From positions 1 through 41,035 of the forward strand of contig JBKJJJ010000020.1 of NCBI GenBank assembly GCA_046598045.1: a stretch of DNA of 41,035 nt, given 5' to 3'. The DNA comes from Candidatus Eiseniibacteriota bacterium. Lineage in GTDB: Bacteria; Eisenbacteria; RBG-16-71-46; DASYSL01. Below, piece by piece: positions 10,640-23,712 of this stretch (the stretch's first letter is position 1; each line of letters opens with the position of its first letter). The notes beneath the pieces are model-generated. The model searched no databases. It had not been told where the DNA came from and worked only from the letters and a program-made list of their open reading frames with translations. Position numbers and translations under genes: made by a program.

Positions 10640-11219
10640 CCATGTCCGATTCCGTCGTCGACACCGCCACGAGCCCGTACGCCCGCGTCGACGTCCTGAT
10701 CAGCGAGGAGCGGATCGCCCAGCGGGTGCGCGAGATGGGCGGGCAGCTGTCGGCCGAGTATTCCGGCAAGAAACCGCTGCTGATCGCCGTGCTCAAGGGC
10801 GGCTCGGTGTTCCTCACCGACCTGATCCGGCGCATGGACATCGACCTCGAGATCGACTTCCTCTCGCTCTCGTCGTACGGGGACGCGACCACGTCCTCGG
10901 GCAAGGTCCACCTGGTGCACGACCTGCGCGCAAATCTCGAGGGCCGGCACGTGGTGCTGGTCGAGGGGGTGGTCGACACCGGGCACTCGGTGCGCTTCCT
11001 GCTCGACCTGCTATCGCAGCGCAAACCCGCCAGCCTCAAGGTGTGCACGCTGCTCGACAAGGTCCCCTGCCGCCGCGTGCCGGTGCCGGTGGACTATGTC
11101 GGGTTCCCGATCGGCGACGAGTTCGTGATCGGTTATGGCATGGACGCGGCCGAGGGGCTGCGCCAGCTTCCCTACGTCGGCGTCGCGACGCTCAACGCCC
11201 CCCGAACGGAGTCATCGAA

Positions 11220-11223
<4 letters not shown>
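10636..11223 (+). CDS. hpt: Hypoxanthine phosphoribosyltransferase
   Basis: VLKGGSVFLTDL, SSYG, VVLVEGVVDTG, LLDK, FVIGYGMD. ATGA overlap with tilS. Confidence 0.95.
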
Positions 11224-14630
<3,407 letters not shown>

Positions 14631-14635
14631 TCCCG

Positions 14636-15508
14636 GTGGCGACCACCGCTCCCCGGGTCGCGGGTCCCTGGCGCGTGCGCGGCCGCGAGTTCGACCTCGC
14701 GCGCCGCGCGCTCGTCATGGGCGTGCTCAACGTCACTCCCGATTCGTTCTCCGAGCGCGGGCGCTTCGCCGATCCGGGCGCGGCGCTCGAGCGCGCGCTC
14801 GCCATGATCGAGGAGGGCGCCGACCTGATCGACGTCGGCGGCGAGAGCACGCGCCCCGGCTCGGCGGTCGTCCCCGTGGCCGAGGAGATCGCGCGCATCC
14901 GTCCCCTGCTCGAGCGCCTCGTGCCGATCTCGCCGGTGCCGATCTCGATCGACACGCGCAAGACCGAGGTCGCGCGCGCCGCGCTCGACCTCGGCGCCGC
15001 CGTGCTCAATGACGTGTCCGGGTTGCGTGCCGACCCGGCGGGCGGCGGCGGACACGAGCGCGCGCGCCTCGCCGCGGAGCACGGCGCCGGCCTCGTGCTG
15101 ATGCACATGCAGGGCGAGCCTGCGACCATGCAGGACGCACCGCACTACGACGACGTGCTGGGCGAGGTGAAGGGCTTCCTGTTCGACGCCGCACGCCGCG
15201 CCGAGGAGGCGGGCGTCCCGCGCGAGGCGATCGCGCTCGATCCGGGCATCGGCTTCGGCAAGTCGGCGGAACACAGCCTCGCGCTCCTGCGCGGCACGGC
15301 CGACCTCGCCGCGGCGGGCTACCCGGTCCTGATCGGCGTCTCGAAGAAGAGCCTGTTCGGGAAGGCGTTCGGCCTCGCGCTCGAGGATCGCGTCGAGGCG
15401 GGCCTCGCCGCCGCGGTCGCCTGCGTCCTGCGCGGGGCGCGCATCGTGCGCACGCACGACGTAAGGGCGACCGTGCGCGCGCTGCGCGTCGCCGAGGCGC
15501 TGCTCTAG
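14636..15508 (+). CDS. folP: Dihydropteroate synthase
   Basis: MGVLNVTPDSFS, DVGGESTRPG, SIDT, NDVSG, LDPGIGFGK, GVSKKS, VRTHDV. Start is GTG 14636 or ATG 14717. Confidence 0.96.
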   Translation: MATTAPRVAGPWRVRGREFDLARRALVMGVLNVTPDSFSERGRFADPGAALERALAMIEEGADLIDVGGESTRPGSAVVPVAEEIARIRPLLERLVPISPVPISIDTRKTEVARAALDLGAAVLNDVSGLRADPAGGGGHERARLAAEHGAGLVLMHMQGEPATMQDAPHYDDVLGEVKGFLFDAARRAEEAGVPREAIALDPGIGFGKSAEHSLALLRGTADLAAAGYPVLIGVSKKSLFGKAFGLALEDRVEAGLAAAVACVLRGARIVRTHDVRATVRALRVAEALL

Positions 15509-15540
15509 CGCAACCGCGATCGCCGCGACCGCGCGCGCAC

Positions 15541-18318
15541 TCATCGCGCGACCACCACCTTGCGCGTCTCCACCCACGTGCCCTGGCTCAGGCGCAGGAA
15601 GCACACGCCCCGGAGCGCGGGCGGCACCTCGTAGTTCACGACCGTGATGCCTTCGGGCAACGCGCCGAGTTCGCGCGTGGCGACGCGGCGACCGCGCACG
15701 TCATAGAGCGCGAGATGCACCGGCCCGAGCCCGTTCGAACGGAACGTGATCGCCAGCGCGCCCGTCGTCGGTTGGGGCGCGACGCGCTCGATCGCGAAGC
15801 GCGACGTGCCCGGCACCACGACCTCGACCTCGCCGCCGAGCGCGCCCTGCGCGCCGAGCCGGTAGCGATACGATCCACCGGGGCCGATTGCGGGATCGGT
15901 CCATGCGAGCAGGCCATTCGCGTCGGGCGTCACGTTCGCCGCCCCGAACCAGCCGCCGGGGCGGGCGCCGGAACCCAGCAGCACGCCCTCGGCCGCGACC
16001 TCGGCGCGCTTCTCGATGCGGATCGACGCTCCCCCGCCGCCGGGCGGCGTCTGCCACAGGAGGTGCACGCCGTCGCGCTCGACGCGGGCCCCGAGCAGCC
16101 ACGCGCCGCGCGCCGTCCCGCCGGGCGCGAACTCGAGCGCGCGATAGTCCGTGAGGTAATCGCCGAACACCTGCGTGCCGCCGAACGTCACCATCCGGTC
16201 GCGCGCAGGGTCGTACGTCGCCACGGACCCGGTGGCCGGATACGGCTGGATCCCCGCCTGCGGCACGAAGCTCCAGTGCGGCGTGCCATTGAGCGAGAGC
16301 GCCCACACACCGTAGCTCGAGAAGATCACGTCGAAGTCGATGTCGAAGCCGCCCCACACCAGCATGCGGCCGCGGGTCGCGTCGTACGCAACGCCGTAGT
16401 AGGAGCGCGCGCCCGGCCCGTTCCCATCCGGCTCGAGGCGCGTCCAACGTGGCGTCTCGCCCAGCGAAAGCGCCCAGGCGTCGGATAGCGATTGCCCGCC
16501 GATCGAGCCGCCGAAGAGCACCATGCGGTCTCGCGGCGCGTCGTAGACCGCGTTTGCCAGGTAGCGCGCGCCCGGTCCGTCGCCGAGCGGCTCGAGGCGC
16601 CGCCACGTGCCGCCGCCCGCGAGCGGCAGCTCCCACACGTCGCCGAACGTTGAGTCCGCGCCGAAGCCGCCGAAGATGACGAGCGAGCGCCGGAGCGGGT
16701 TGTAGATTCCAACGTGCCCGCGGCGTCCCGCCGGCGCGGACGCGCCCTCGCCCGGACCGGGCAGCCGCGTCCAGACGTAGGGCGAGTCGACCGTCACGCT
16801 CCACGTGTCGTCGTAGTAGTGGTACGAGTCGTCCGCCGGGTCGAAGCTCCAGCCGCCGAAGATCACCACGCGCCGCATTCCGGGGTCGTACGCGCCCACG
16901 GGCTCATGGCGTCCGGGCGGCGCGGGCCCCGTGGGCGTGAGCTTCGCCCAGCGCTCGGGCGCGGTCACGTCGGCGCGCCAGAGTTCGTCCGAGTACGTGA
17001 TCGCGCCGCCCTTCGCCACGAGCCCGCCGAAGACCCAGAGCGCTCTGCGGGCGGGATCGCTCGCCAGCGCGCGCCCGAACCCCGGCGCCGGCGTGTCGAA
17101 CGCGGGCGCGACGCGATGCCACACCGGGCTCCCCACGAGTTCGAGCGCCCAGGTCTGGTTCGAGACATAGCTCGGGAGCAATCCGATCGTCCGTCCGCCG
17201 CCGTGCAGCAGCAGGCGGCGCCGCGCGGGATCGAACGCGATCGCCGCGAGCCCGAGGTCCTCGGCCGCCTTGCCGGAGGCAGCGAGCCTCCCCCACTCCG
17301 GGAGGCCGATGAGGCGGAACGTCCACGTGTCGCGGTTCGCCAGGCCGGTCGAAGGGGTGTTTCCCCCGACGGTCACGATGCGCCCGCCCGCGACATCGAG
17401 CACCCCGAGCGCGCCATCGCGCGCGGGCGGACGCGCACCGAACGTCGTCAGCGGCGCCCACGCGAGTGACGGCGAGAAGCGCAGCTCCCATGCGTCGGTG
17501 AACACCGAGTCGCGGTCGCGCCCGCCGAGCACCACCATGCGGTCGCGCGGCGCATCGAACACGACGATCGCGCCCCAGCGCGCGGCCGGCGCCTGGCCTG
17601 CGGGCTGAAGGCGCGTCCAGCGCAGCGTATCGGCCGCGGGAGAGAGCGCCCAGACGTCGCCGGTCGCACCGCTACCGACGATGCCCGGGGAGATCTGTCC
17701 GCCGAACAGCACCAGCCGGTCGCGCACCGGGTCGATGACGAGCGCGCCCGCCCCGCGCGCGTCGGGCCAGGTGCCGAGCGGCTGGAGCAGCGTCCAGTCG
17801 CCCGCCTCGGCGTTCGCGAAGTCCAGCGTCCACAGTCCGCTGAGCGCACCGTTACCGCTGTAGCCACCGAACATCCAGATGCGATCCCGGCCCGCGTCGT
17901 AAGCCAGCGCGGAGAGCGCGCGCGGCGTCGGCGTGCGGCCGCCCGGCAAGAGCTGGCTCCACGAGGCGAGGGCCCCGTCGAAGCTCCAGGTCTCATTGTG
18001 AAGTGATTGATCGATGCCGCCGAACATCAGCATGCGGTCGCGCGCCGAGTCGAACACCGCGCTCGCGCTGCGGCGCGCGGGCGGGACGAAGTCGCGCCAC
18101 GTGCCATCGCCGTCGGCCTGGACGCTGGCGGGGAGCGGCGCCTTGTCTTCAGAGAGGCCCGTCACACCGGCGGGCAACGCCGCACGGCCCAGCGGGTCGA
18201 TCGCGCGGCGCGCGATCTCGGTATTCCGCACGGCCGAGCCCGACGCATCGGCCGGACTCGCCCGCGGTGCGAGCAGGCCGAGCGCGACCAGCAGCGCGAT
18301 GCGCGCGGGCGACTTCAC
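15541..18318 (-). CDS. Secreted kelch-repeat (beta-propeller) protein with Por/FlgD-like C-terminal domain
   Basis: GTG 18318 overlaps the upstream stop; signal peptide; many P..R....A.YD..RDRM..FGG....D.W repeats; tail APQPT...LYDVRGRRV...GVCFLRL...KVVVAR. Confidence 0.88.
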   Translation of the reverse strand: MKSPARIALLVALGLLAPRASPADASGSAVRNTEIARRAIDPLGRAALPAGVTGLSEDKAPLPASVQADGDGTWRDFVPPARRSASAVFDSARDRMLMFGGIDQSLHNETWSFDGALASWSQLLPGGRTPTPRALSALAYDAGRDRIWMFGGYSGNGALSGLWTLDFANAEAGDWTLLQPLGTWPDARGAGALVIDPVRDRLVLFGGQISPGIVGSGATGDVWALSPAADTLRWTRLQPAGQAPAARWGAIVVFDAPRDRMVVLGGRDRDSVFTDAWELRFSPSLAWAPLTTFGARPPARDGALGVLDVAGGRIVTVGGNTPSTGLANRDTWTFRLIGLPEWGRLAASGKAAEDLGLAAIAFDPARRRLLLHGGGRTIGLLPSYVSNQTWALELVGSPVWHRVAPAFDTPAPGFGRALASDPARRALWVFGGLVAKGGAITYSDELWRADVTAPERWAKLTPTGPAPPGRHEPVGAYDPGMRRVVIFGGWSFDPADDSYHYYDDTWSVTVDSPYVWTRLPGPGEGASAPAGRRGHVGIYNPLRRSLVIFGGFGADSTFGDVWELPLAGGGTWRRLEPLGDGPGARYLANAVYDAPRDRMVLFGGSIGGQSLSDAWALSLGETPRWTRLEPDGNGPGARSYYGVAYDATRGRMLVWGGFDIDFDVIFSSYGVWALSLNGTPHWSFVPQAGIQPYPATGSVATYDPARDRMVTFGGTQVFGDYLTDYRALEFAPGGTARGAWLLGARVERDGVHLLWQTPPGGGGASIRIEKRAEVAAEGVLLGSGARPGGWFGAANVTPDANGLLAWTDPAIGPGGSYRYRLGAQGALGGEVEVVVPGTSRFAIERVAPQPTTGALAITFRSNGLGPVHLALYDVRGRRVATRELGALPEGITVVNYEVPPALRGVCFLRLSQGTWVETRKVVVAR

Positions 18319-20678
18319 GGCAAAAGGACGATCTTGCCGGTGATCTCGCGCGCGCCCAGCACGAGCCGGGCGAAGTACACGCCGGGACGCGGCCGGTAGC
18401 CATCGTCGCCCACGCCGTCCCATGACAGCACGTGTCGCCCGGCCAGGTACGTGCGCGTGCCGAGGTCGCGCACCAGCCGTCCGCGCGCATCGTGGATGCG
18501 GCCGCGCACGACCGTCGACGCGGGCAGGTCGAACGCGACGTCGACGCCGGCGCGCGTCGGGTTCGGGGACATGCCGAGCAGCCCGAACGGCGGGCCGGTC
18601 AAGGGTGGCGGACCGCCGCCGTAGGGCGCGGCGAAGTCGAGGTACCAGTCGGCGGTGTACCCGTCCCCCGTCCGGCTGGAGATGCGTCCGCCCATCAGGA
18701 CGGCGCGGTCGAGATCGGGGTCGTAGGCCGCCGCGAATCCGTAGCGGCTGAACGACGGAGTCCCCTGCGGCTGGTATGCACTCCAGGTCGGCGTGCCGGA
18801 GAGCTCGAGCGCGGCGCAATCGAAGCGTGCCGAGCTCCGGTCCCGGCCCCAGAACACGAGCATACGGTCGCGCGGGGGGTCGTAGACCGCGGCGTGAAAC
18901 CAACGCCCGACCGGCGCGCTTCCCCCGGCGTCGATCGGAAACCAGGTGTCCCCGTCCGCAAAGGAAAGGAACCATGCGTCCTGCAGCGGGCGCGCGTCGT
19001 TTTCGTAGGTTGGATTGCCGCCAAAGACGATCATGCCGTCCCGCCGCGAATCGTACACCGCACTCGCGCCGTAGCGCGCGATCGGCGAGATCCCCCGCGT
19101 CGCGAGCCGCGTCCAGCGCGGCGGGCCGTCGAGGGAGAGCGCCCAGGTGTCGCCCAGCGGGCGCCCGGCAAAGCCCCCGAACATCACCAGCCGCCGGCGG
19201 GTCGGATCGAAGATGGCACCGGCTCCCCAGCGTGGAGACGGCTGCTCGCCCTCCGGGAATAGACGCAACCACTCGGCGCGCTGCGCCGACTTCAGTCGCA
19301 CCTGCCAGAGGTCCCCGAGCTCCACGCCGAAAAAGCGACCCCCGAAGACGATGCCGCGATCCCCGATCGAGTCGAAAACCGCCATACAGTAATCCCGCCC
19401 CGACGGCAGGAACTCCTGTCCCTGATTCACGGACTCCCAGTCCTGAGTCGGGCCGAGCGTGACCTGGCGAAGCTGCAACTCGGCGCGATATCCCGACCCA
19501 TCGAGGGCGAATGCGAGTCGCCGTTTGCGGTCGAGCAGGAAACTCGAGCCCTCCTCGAGCCTCGGCGGTTCTCCGCACTCAAACGTCGGCACCCAACTCG
19601 CGCCCACGGCGGCGTCGAGCTCGAACAGGTCGTAGCGAGTCGTGTACTGGCCGATGGGATCGCTGCCATAGCCGCCGAAGAGCGCCACCCGACCCGATGA
19701 CTGGTTGATCGCCATCTGGAATGAGTCGATCGCGCGCGGTCCCCGGCCGGGCGGAGCGATCAGCGTCCACCCGACCCCGTGGGCGAGGTCATACTCCCAC
19801 GTCCCCACGCTGTCGCGCGCGAAGACGGCGTTGAAGGCGGCGCAAACCACCAGGCGATTGCGCTGCGGGTCGAGGACCATGGGATGCGAACTCGCGGAGA
19901 ACTCCGGGAGCGTGTCCGGGACCGCGAGCGCCTCCCACGCCGAGGGATCGGTGAGCGGCAACGACCACACGTCGGGGAGGACCCGATCCAGCGTGTCGCG
20001 CCCGCCCCACATCAGCAGGCGATCTCGCACGGAATCCACCACGGCTTCCGCGCTCATGCGCGACGGCCCGGCACCGGTGGGCTGCAGCACGGACCAGTGC
20101 GGCGTGCCCGCGAGGTCGACCGCGAACACGACCTCGGATGGATCATTCGAGCCATACTGGGATTCAGGAACGACCAGGAGCCGCTGGCGCCTCGGATCGT
20201 AGGCCGTGGCGTATCGACCCCGGACCAGGGGCCGGTCACCGACGACGTCGACGTGCTCCCAGCGCGGATTCGGCCCGAGGACGAGCGTGTAGGGATCGAT
20301 GAAAGAACGTCTCGGAACGTCGCAGCAAGAGTCGGGATAGACACCGACGATGCCACCGGCCACGAGCCGATCTCCGTCGAAGTCGTAGTCCCACCAGGAC
20401 TCCCCCTCGGATCGCGGAGCGGTCCCGGAAATTTCGACCGCGGACCAGAGGCGGGCGCCGGCGTCCGGCAGCGTCCACAACCTGGAGTTGTCGCGAAACC
20501 TCAGGTCCACGAGGACCCATTGTCCGCGCCTCGGGTCGTGGAAGAACACGGATCCGCGTTCGATTTGCGGCGGCGACGGCCGGACCCACGTATCGCTCGC
20601 CGGCGCCGCCCCCGCGGTTGCGGGAGCGCCCGTCATCGCCGCGCCGAGGAGGGCAGCGACTAGTAGTAGAAGTGCCAC
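18315..20678 (-). CDS. Secreted kelch-repeat protein with Por/FlgD-like C-terminal domain
   Basis: Signal peptide VALLLLVAALLGAA (GTG 20678; alternative ATG 20636); same kelch repeats; tail SPNPTR...IHDARGRLVR...WDG...PGVYFARL...KIVLLP. Confidence 0.85.
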   Translation of the reverse strand: MALLLLVAALLGAAMTGAPATAGAAPASDTWVRPSPPQIERGSVFFHDPRRGQWVLVDLRFRDNSRLWTLPDAGARLWSAVEISGTAPRSEGESWWDYDFDGDRLVAGGIVGVYPDSCCDVPRRSFIDPYTLVLGPNPRWEHVDVVGDRPLVRGRYATAYDPRRQRLLVVPESQYGSNDPSEVVFAVDLAGTPHWSVLQPTGAGPSRMSAEAVVDSVRDRLLMWGGRDTLDRVLPDVWSLPLTDPSAWEALAVPDTLPEFSASSHPMVLDPQRNRLVVCAAFNAVFARDSVGTWEYDLAHGVGWTLIAPPGRGPRAIDSFQMAINQSSGRVALFGGYGSDPIGQYTTRYDLFELDAAVGASWVPTFECGEPPRLEEGSSFLLDRKRRLAFALDGSGYRAELQLRQVTLGPTQDWESVNQGQEFLPSGRDYCMAVFDSIGDRGIVFGGRFFGVELGDLWQVRLKSAQRAEWLRLFPEGEQPSPRWGAGAIFDPTRRRLVMFGGFAGRPLGDTWALSLDGPPRWTRLATRGISPIARYGASAVYDSRRDGMIVFGGNPTYENDARPLQDAWFLSFADGDTWFPIDAGGSAPVGRWFHAAVYDPPRDRMLVFWGRDRSSARFDCAALELSGTPTWSAYQPQGTPSFSRYGFAAAYDPDLDRAVLMGGRISSRTGDGYTADWYLDFAAPYGGGPPPLTGPPFGLLGMSPNPTRAGVDVAFDLPASTVVRGRIHDARGRLVRDLGTRTYLAGRHVLSWDGVGDDGYRPRPGVYFARLVLGAREITGKIVLLP

Positions 20679-21805
20679 TGGAGCAGGATCTGGTTCTCGT
20701 CGGGCGCGTCCTCGGGAACGATGCGGCGCAACGAAAGCTTGAGGTCGGCGAACGGAACCGGGGTGAAGTCGGTCTCGAGCGTGTAGCGCTCCTGTGCGCG
20801 CCCGGCGACGCGATGATCGAGATCGATGAAATCGTACTTCGCGCGCACGAGCCACCCGCGCCCCGCGCGCACGTCGGCCTCGCCGTAGATCGCGCGCGGG
20901 TCACGCAGGCCGCCGGCGCCGTCGTCCGTCTGGCCAAGGCCGGCCTCGCCCAGCAGTTGCACGCGCTCGGTCAGGTTGAGCCCCGCGTAGATCGAGCCGC
21001 GCGCGTCGCGGCGCTTCGAGGTCGACACGTAGTTGTGATAGCCCGACGCCCCCGCGAGGAAGCGCGAGGAGAAGTACGCCACCTTGCCGGTCCATGCCTG
21101 CGCCTGGTTCGCGAACACGGGCCCGCCATTCGTGATCGCCGCGCTCGCCAGGAAGCCGGGTCCCGGCGTGAACCCGACCTCGAGCCCGCCCTCGACCGTG
21201 CGCGGGTCGTAGGGCAGGAACCCGCTCGTGCCGAACGACCCGGCGGTCGCCTCGCGGAACCCCGCGCGCAACGCGCCCGTATGGTCGTCGATGCGCAGCC
21301 CGAACGGCACCCGGAACTGCCCCGCCTTGAAGTAGAGGCCTCCCGGCAAGCCGTGGATCATGCCCCAGGCATCGCGCGTCTCCCGCAGGTCGCGGTTGTA
21401 GGTCAGGGTGAGGTTCGGGTGCGGCGCGAACGTCACGTAGAGCGCGCCCTGCATCGGGAAGAACGTCGAGACGTCGTTCCCGCCCGGCGCGCCGAGGTCG
21501 TGCACGTAGGTGAACTGCTGCCTGAGGTTCGTCCCGAAGTAGAGCGCGTCGCCGAGCTTGTTCGCGAGCACCAGGTCGGCCCACTTGCCGACGTCGGGCG
21601 CGAGCGCGTGGCGGTTCTTCTCGTAGAGAAACCCGAACTCGTTGCGCGGCCCGCCGCCCTGCGGATCGAAGTGGCAGGTCGCGCACGGCAGGCCCTGGCG
21701 GGCGGCGTAGAGCGGCAATGCGTCGGCGCGAGGCGCCGCGAGCGCAATTAGGGCGAGCGCCGGAACGGCGAGCGCGAGGCCGGCCTGAAGCCTACGGGCG
21801 AACAT
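20660..21805 (-). CDS. Monoheme cytochrome c-porin fusion (Cyc2-like architecture)
   Basis: Signal peptide, then LPLYAARQGLPCATCH (single CxxCH), followed by porin-like strands (FKAGQFRVPFG) and an aromatic C-terminus QWHFYY. Confidence 0.8.
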   Translation of the reverse strand: MFARRLQAGLALAVPALALIALAAPRADALPLYAARQGLPCATCHFDPQGGGPRNEFGFLYEKNRHALAPDVGKWADLVLANKLGDALYFGTNLRQQFTYVHDLGAPGGNDVSTFFPMQGALYVTFAPHPNLTLTYNRDLRETRDAWGMIHGLPGGLYFKAGQFRVPFGLRIDDHTGALRAGFREATAGSFGTSGFLPYDPRTVEGGLEVGFTPGPGFLASAAITNGGPVFANQAQAWTGKVAYFSSRFLAGASGYHNYVSTSKRRDARGSIYAGLNLTERVQLLGEAGLGQTDDGAGGLRDPRAIYGEADVRAGRGWLVRAKYDFIDLDHRVAGRAQERYTLETDFTPVPFADLKLSLRRIVPEDAPDENQILLQWHFYY

Positions 21806-21866
21806 GGGAGGCTCCTCCGGCTGTGCGTACCATCAGGGAGATGGATGTCGTGCTGGATTGCCCGCC

Positions 21867-21895
21867 ATTTTGGCCGGGAACCGCCCCCGGGTCAA
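21867..21895 (-). promoter_or_regulatory. Putative sigma-70 promoter for the cytochrome-porin/kelch genes
   Basis: Minus strand TTGACC-17 bp-CAAAAT, starting immediately after the upstream stop codon. Confidence 0.6.
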
Positions 21896-22939
21896 CTAGT
21901 GCCAGTCGGCCTTCAGCCCGATCGTGTACCAGCGCTGGCCGTCGAAGGGCGTGAAATGCATGCGCACATCGATCCCCGGGCGGGCCGCGCCCCGTCCCAG
22001 GCTCAGGCCGAGCCCCGCGTTCGCGCCGAACAACGAGTCGGTCTGGTAGTGCGTGCTCTGGCCGAGCACCACACCGGTCGAATCCCTCAGGACCGCGGTC
22101 GAGACCTTGCGCTGGAAGTAGACGCCGGCGCCGAATTGGATCTCGGGGCGCACACGACCCCCGCGGGGGCGCACACGGAGCTGCGTGGTGGTGTAGGCCC
22201 AGCGCTCGCGCCCGCTTCGGGTCAGCACCTCCCCGGGATTCAGCGGAACATAGAGGAGGCCTGGGCTATTTCGGTAGCCCCCTCGCACAGGGAGCGTCCC
22301 ATATTCGACTCCGGTGCTCGCGACAGAGGCGTCGTACGTCCAGCTTGAGACACTGAGCCGGCCAACGACGTGTGGTGAAGAGGTGCTGAGCCGCTGTGCG
22401 ACGCCCCCCGAGACGCTGGCACCCCATCCGGGGAAGGGCTGCGGGCCGAGGCCATCGCCGTTCGGCGGGACGAGGCGCTGCCAGCGCCCGCCGAACAACC
22501 CATCGATCGCGCCGCCCACTGCGCCGACCACACCGCCGAGCGCGGCGCTGCTCAGCACGTCCCCCGCATCGGTGGAGCAATCGACACACCGCGCGCCGAG
22601 CGCGATCTCGAGCAACGCCGCTCCGACGACACCGGCCGCGCCCCGCACCAGCGCCGTGCGCAGCGGCGCCGGCCGGGAGGTCCACACGCCCGCGATGTCG
22701 CCGCTGCCGACGCGCGCCGCCGTGCGGCCCTTGCGCAGGACCAGCGTGTCGCCGAGCACACCGATCGGCTTGCCCTCGATCCAGCGATCGTCCTTCGTCT
22801 GGACGAGCACGGACTTCTGTTCGCGCAGCGGCGTGAGGTCGACCGCCGGCGCGGGGTCGGCGCACGCCGCGACCGCGCTGAGGGTCCAGCTCAGGCCGGC
22901 GGCAACGAGCATGTTCTGGGCGATCGGGCGGTGGTGCAT
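21896..22939 (-). CDS. Exported protein with glycine-zipper-like segment and C-terminal beta-barrel
   Basis: ATG 22939 with GGAG SD; hydrophobic leader; GGVVGAVGGAIDG; strands RPEIQFGAGVY, FGANAGLGL, YTIGLKADW. Confidence 0.7.
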   Translation of the reverse strand: MHHRPIAQNMLVAAGLSWTLSAVAACADPAPAVDLTPLREQKSVLVQTKDDRWIEGKPIGVLGDTLVLRKGRTAARVGSGDIAGVWTSRPAPLRTALVRGAAGVVGAALLEIALGARCVDCSTDAGDVLSSAALGGVVGAVGGAIDGLFGGRWQRLVPPNGDGLGPQPFPGWGASVSGGVAQRLSTSSPHVVGRLSVSSWTYDASVASTGVEYGTLPVRGGYRNSPGLLYVPLNPGEVLTRSGRERWAYTTTQLRVRPRGGRVRPEIQFGAGVYFQRKVSTAVLRDSTGVVLGQSTHYQTDSLFGANAGLGLSLGRGAARPGIDVRMHFTPFDGQRWYTIGLKADWH

Positions 22940-22991
22940 GGCGGCTCCCTGGCGAGGCGTGGTCGAAGCGCCCGCAGCACGGGCGCGGAGC

Positions 22992-23021
22992 ATTCTGCCC
23001 GCCCGGGATCGGCGAAGTCAA
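22992..23021 (-). promoter_or_regulatory. Putative sigma-70 promoter
   Basis: Minus strand TTGACT-18 bp-CAGAAT, 1 nt after the upstream stop codon. Confidence 0.55.
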
Positions 23022-23022
23022 A

Positions 23023-23619
23023 TCACTGGAGATCGACTCCGACCCCGACGCCGATCCCGGTCGCGCGGGGCGGCAGCATGGCATGCACGCGCGCCTCCAC
23101 CACCGGGGAAAGGCCGCCGGTCGCGAACCGCAGGCCGCCGCCGAGGTTGAGCCCGAACGACCATTCGGTGACCGGACTTGCGATCAGGAGCGGGATGCCG
23201 GAACCCGAGCCCTCCGGCGGCTCCTCCTTCGCTGAGCGCAAGTAGGGGCCCAGCCCGATACAGACAAACGGACCGCGTGGATCCTCCGCCCGTTGCCAGC
23301 GCCAGGCCGGGCCCGCGTGGTACCAACGCTCTTGCCGGCGAACGCGCTCCTCAGGCCACTCACTCTGCATGCGGTAGGTCCCGGCCGCGAGAACACCGAG
23401 TTCGAATCCGGCGCTGTGGCCGTGATCGTCGGCGCGCCAGAACGTGACGCTCGCCGACGGGAGGAAGCCAGCGGACGGGATGCCGTCGAGCCAGGCTCCT
23501 CCCCCGCGGATCGACGCCTGCCACCTGCGCGCGCCGTCCGCCTCCACCGCGCACGTCGCGGACACGACTCCCATCCACACGGACAGTGCAAAGAGGAGGA
23601 TGCGCGCGCGGTGAACCAC
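23023..23619 (-). CDS. Small outer-membrane beta-barrel protein
   Basis: Signal-like RARILLFALSVWMG; strands GPFVCIGLGPY, SFGLNLGGGLRF, PVVEARVH, IGVGVGVDLQ. Start uncertain (GTG 23619 or ATG 23667). Confidence 0.65.
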   Translation of the reverse strand: MVHRARILLFALSVWMGVVSATCAVEADGARRWQASIRGGGAWLDGIPSAGFLPSASVTFWRADDHGHSAGFELGVLAAGTYRMQSEWPEERVRRQERWYHAGPAWRWQRAEDPRGPFVCIGLGPYLRSAKEEPPEGSGSGIPLLIASPVTEWSFGLNLGGGLRFATGGLSPVVEARVHAMLPPRATGIGVGVGVDLQ

Positions 23620-23712
23620 CGGGGCACTCGATCGTCGCTGTGAGCCGCTCCCTCGCTCTGATAGCATGAAGGGTCGTACCCCGATCCGACGGCCCTGTTC
23701 CGAGGAACCCCC

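Noticed and set aside
15541..19578. 1345-aa single kelch protein
   Set aside because: The first ~420 aa overlap the upstream kelch gene in another frame; the signal peptide starts at GTG 18318.
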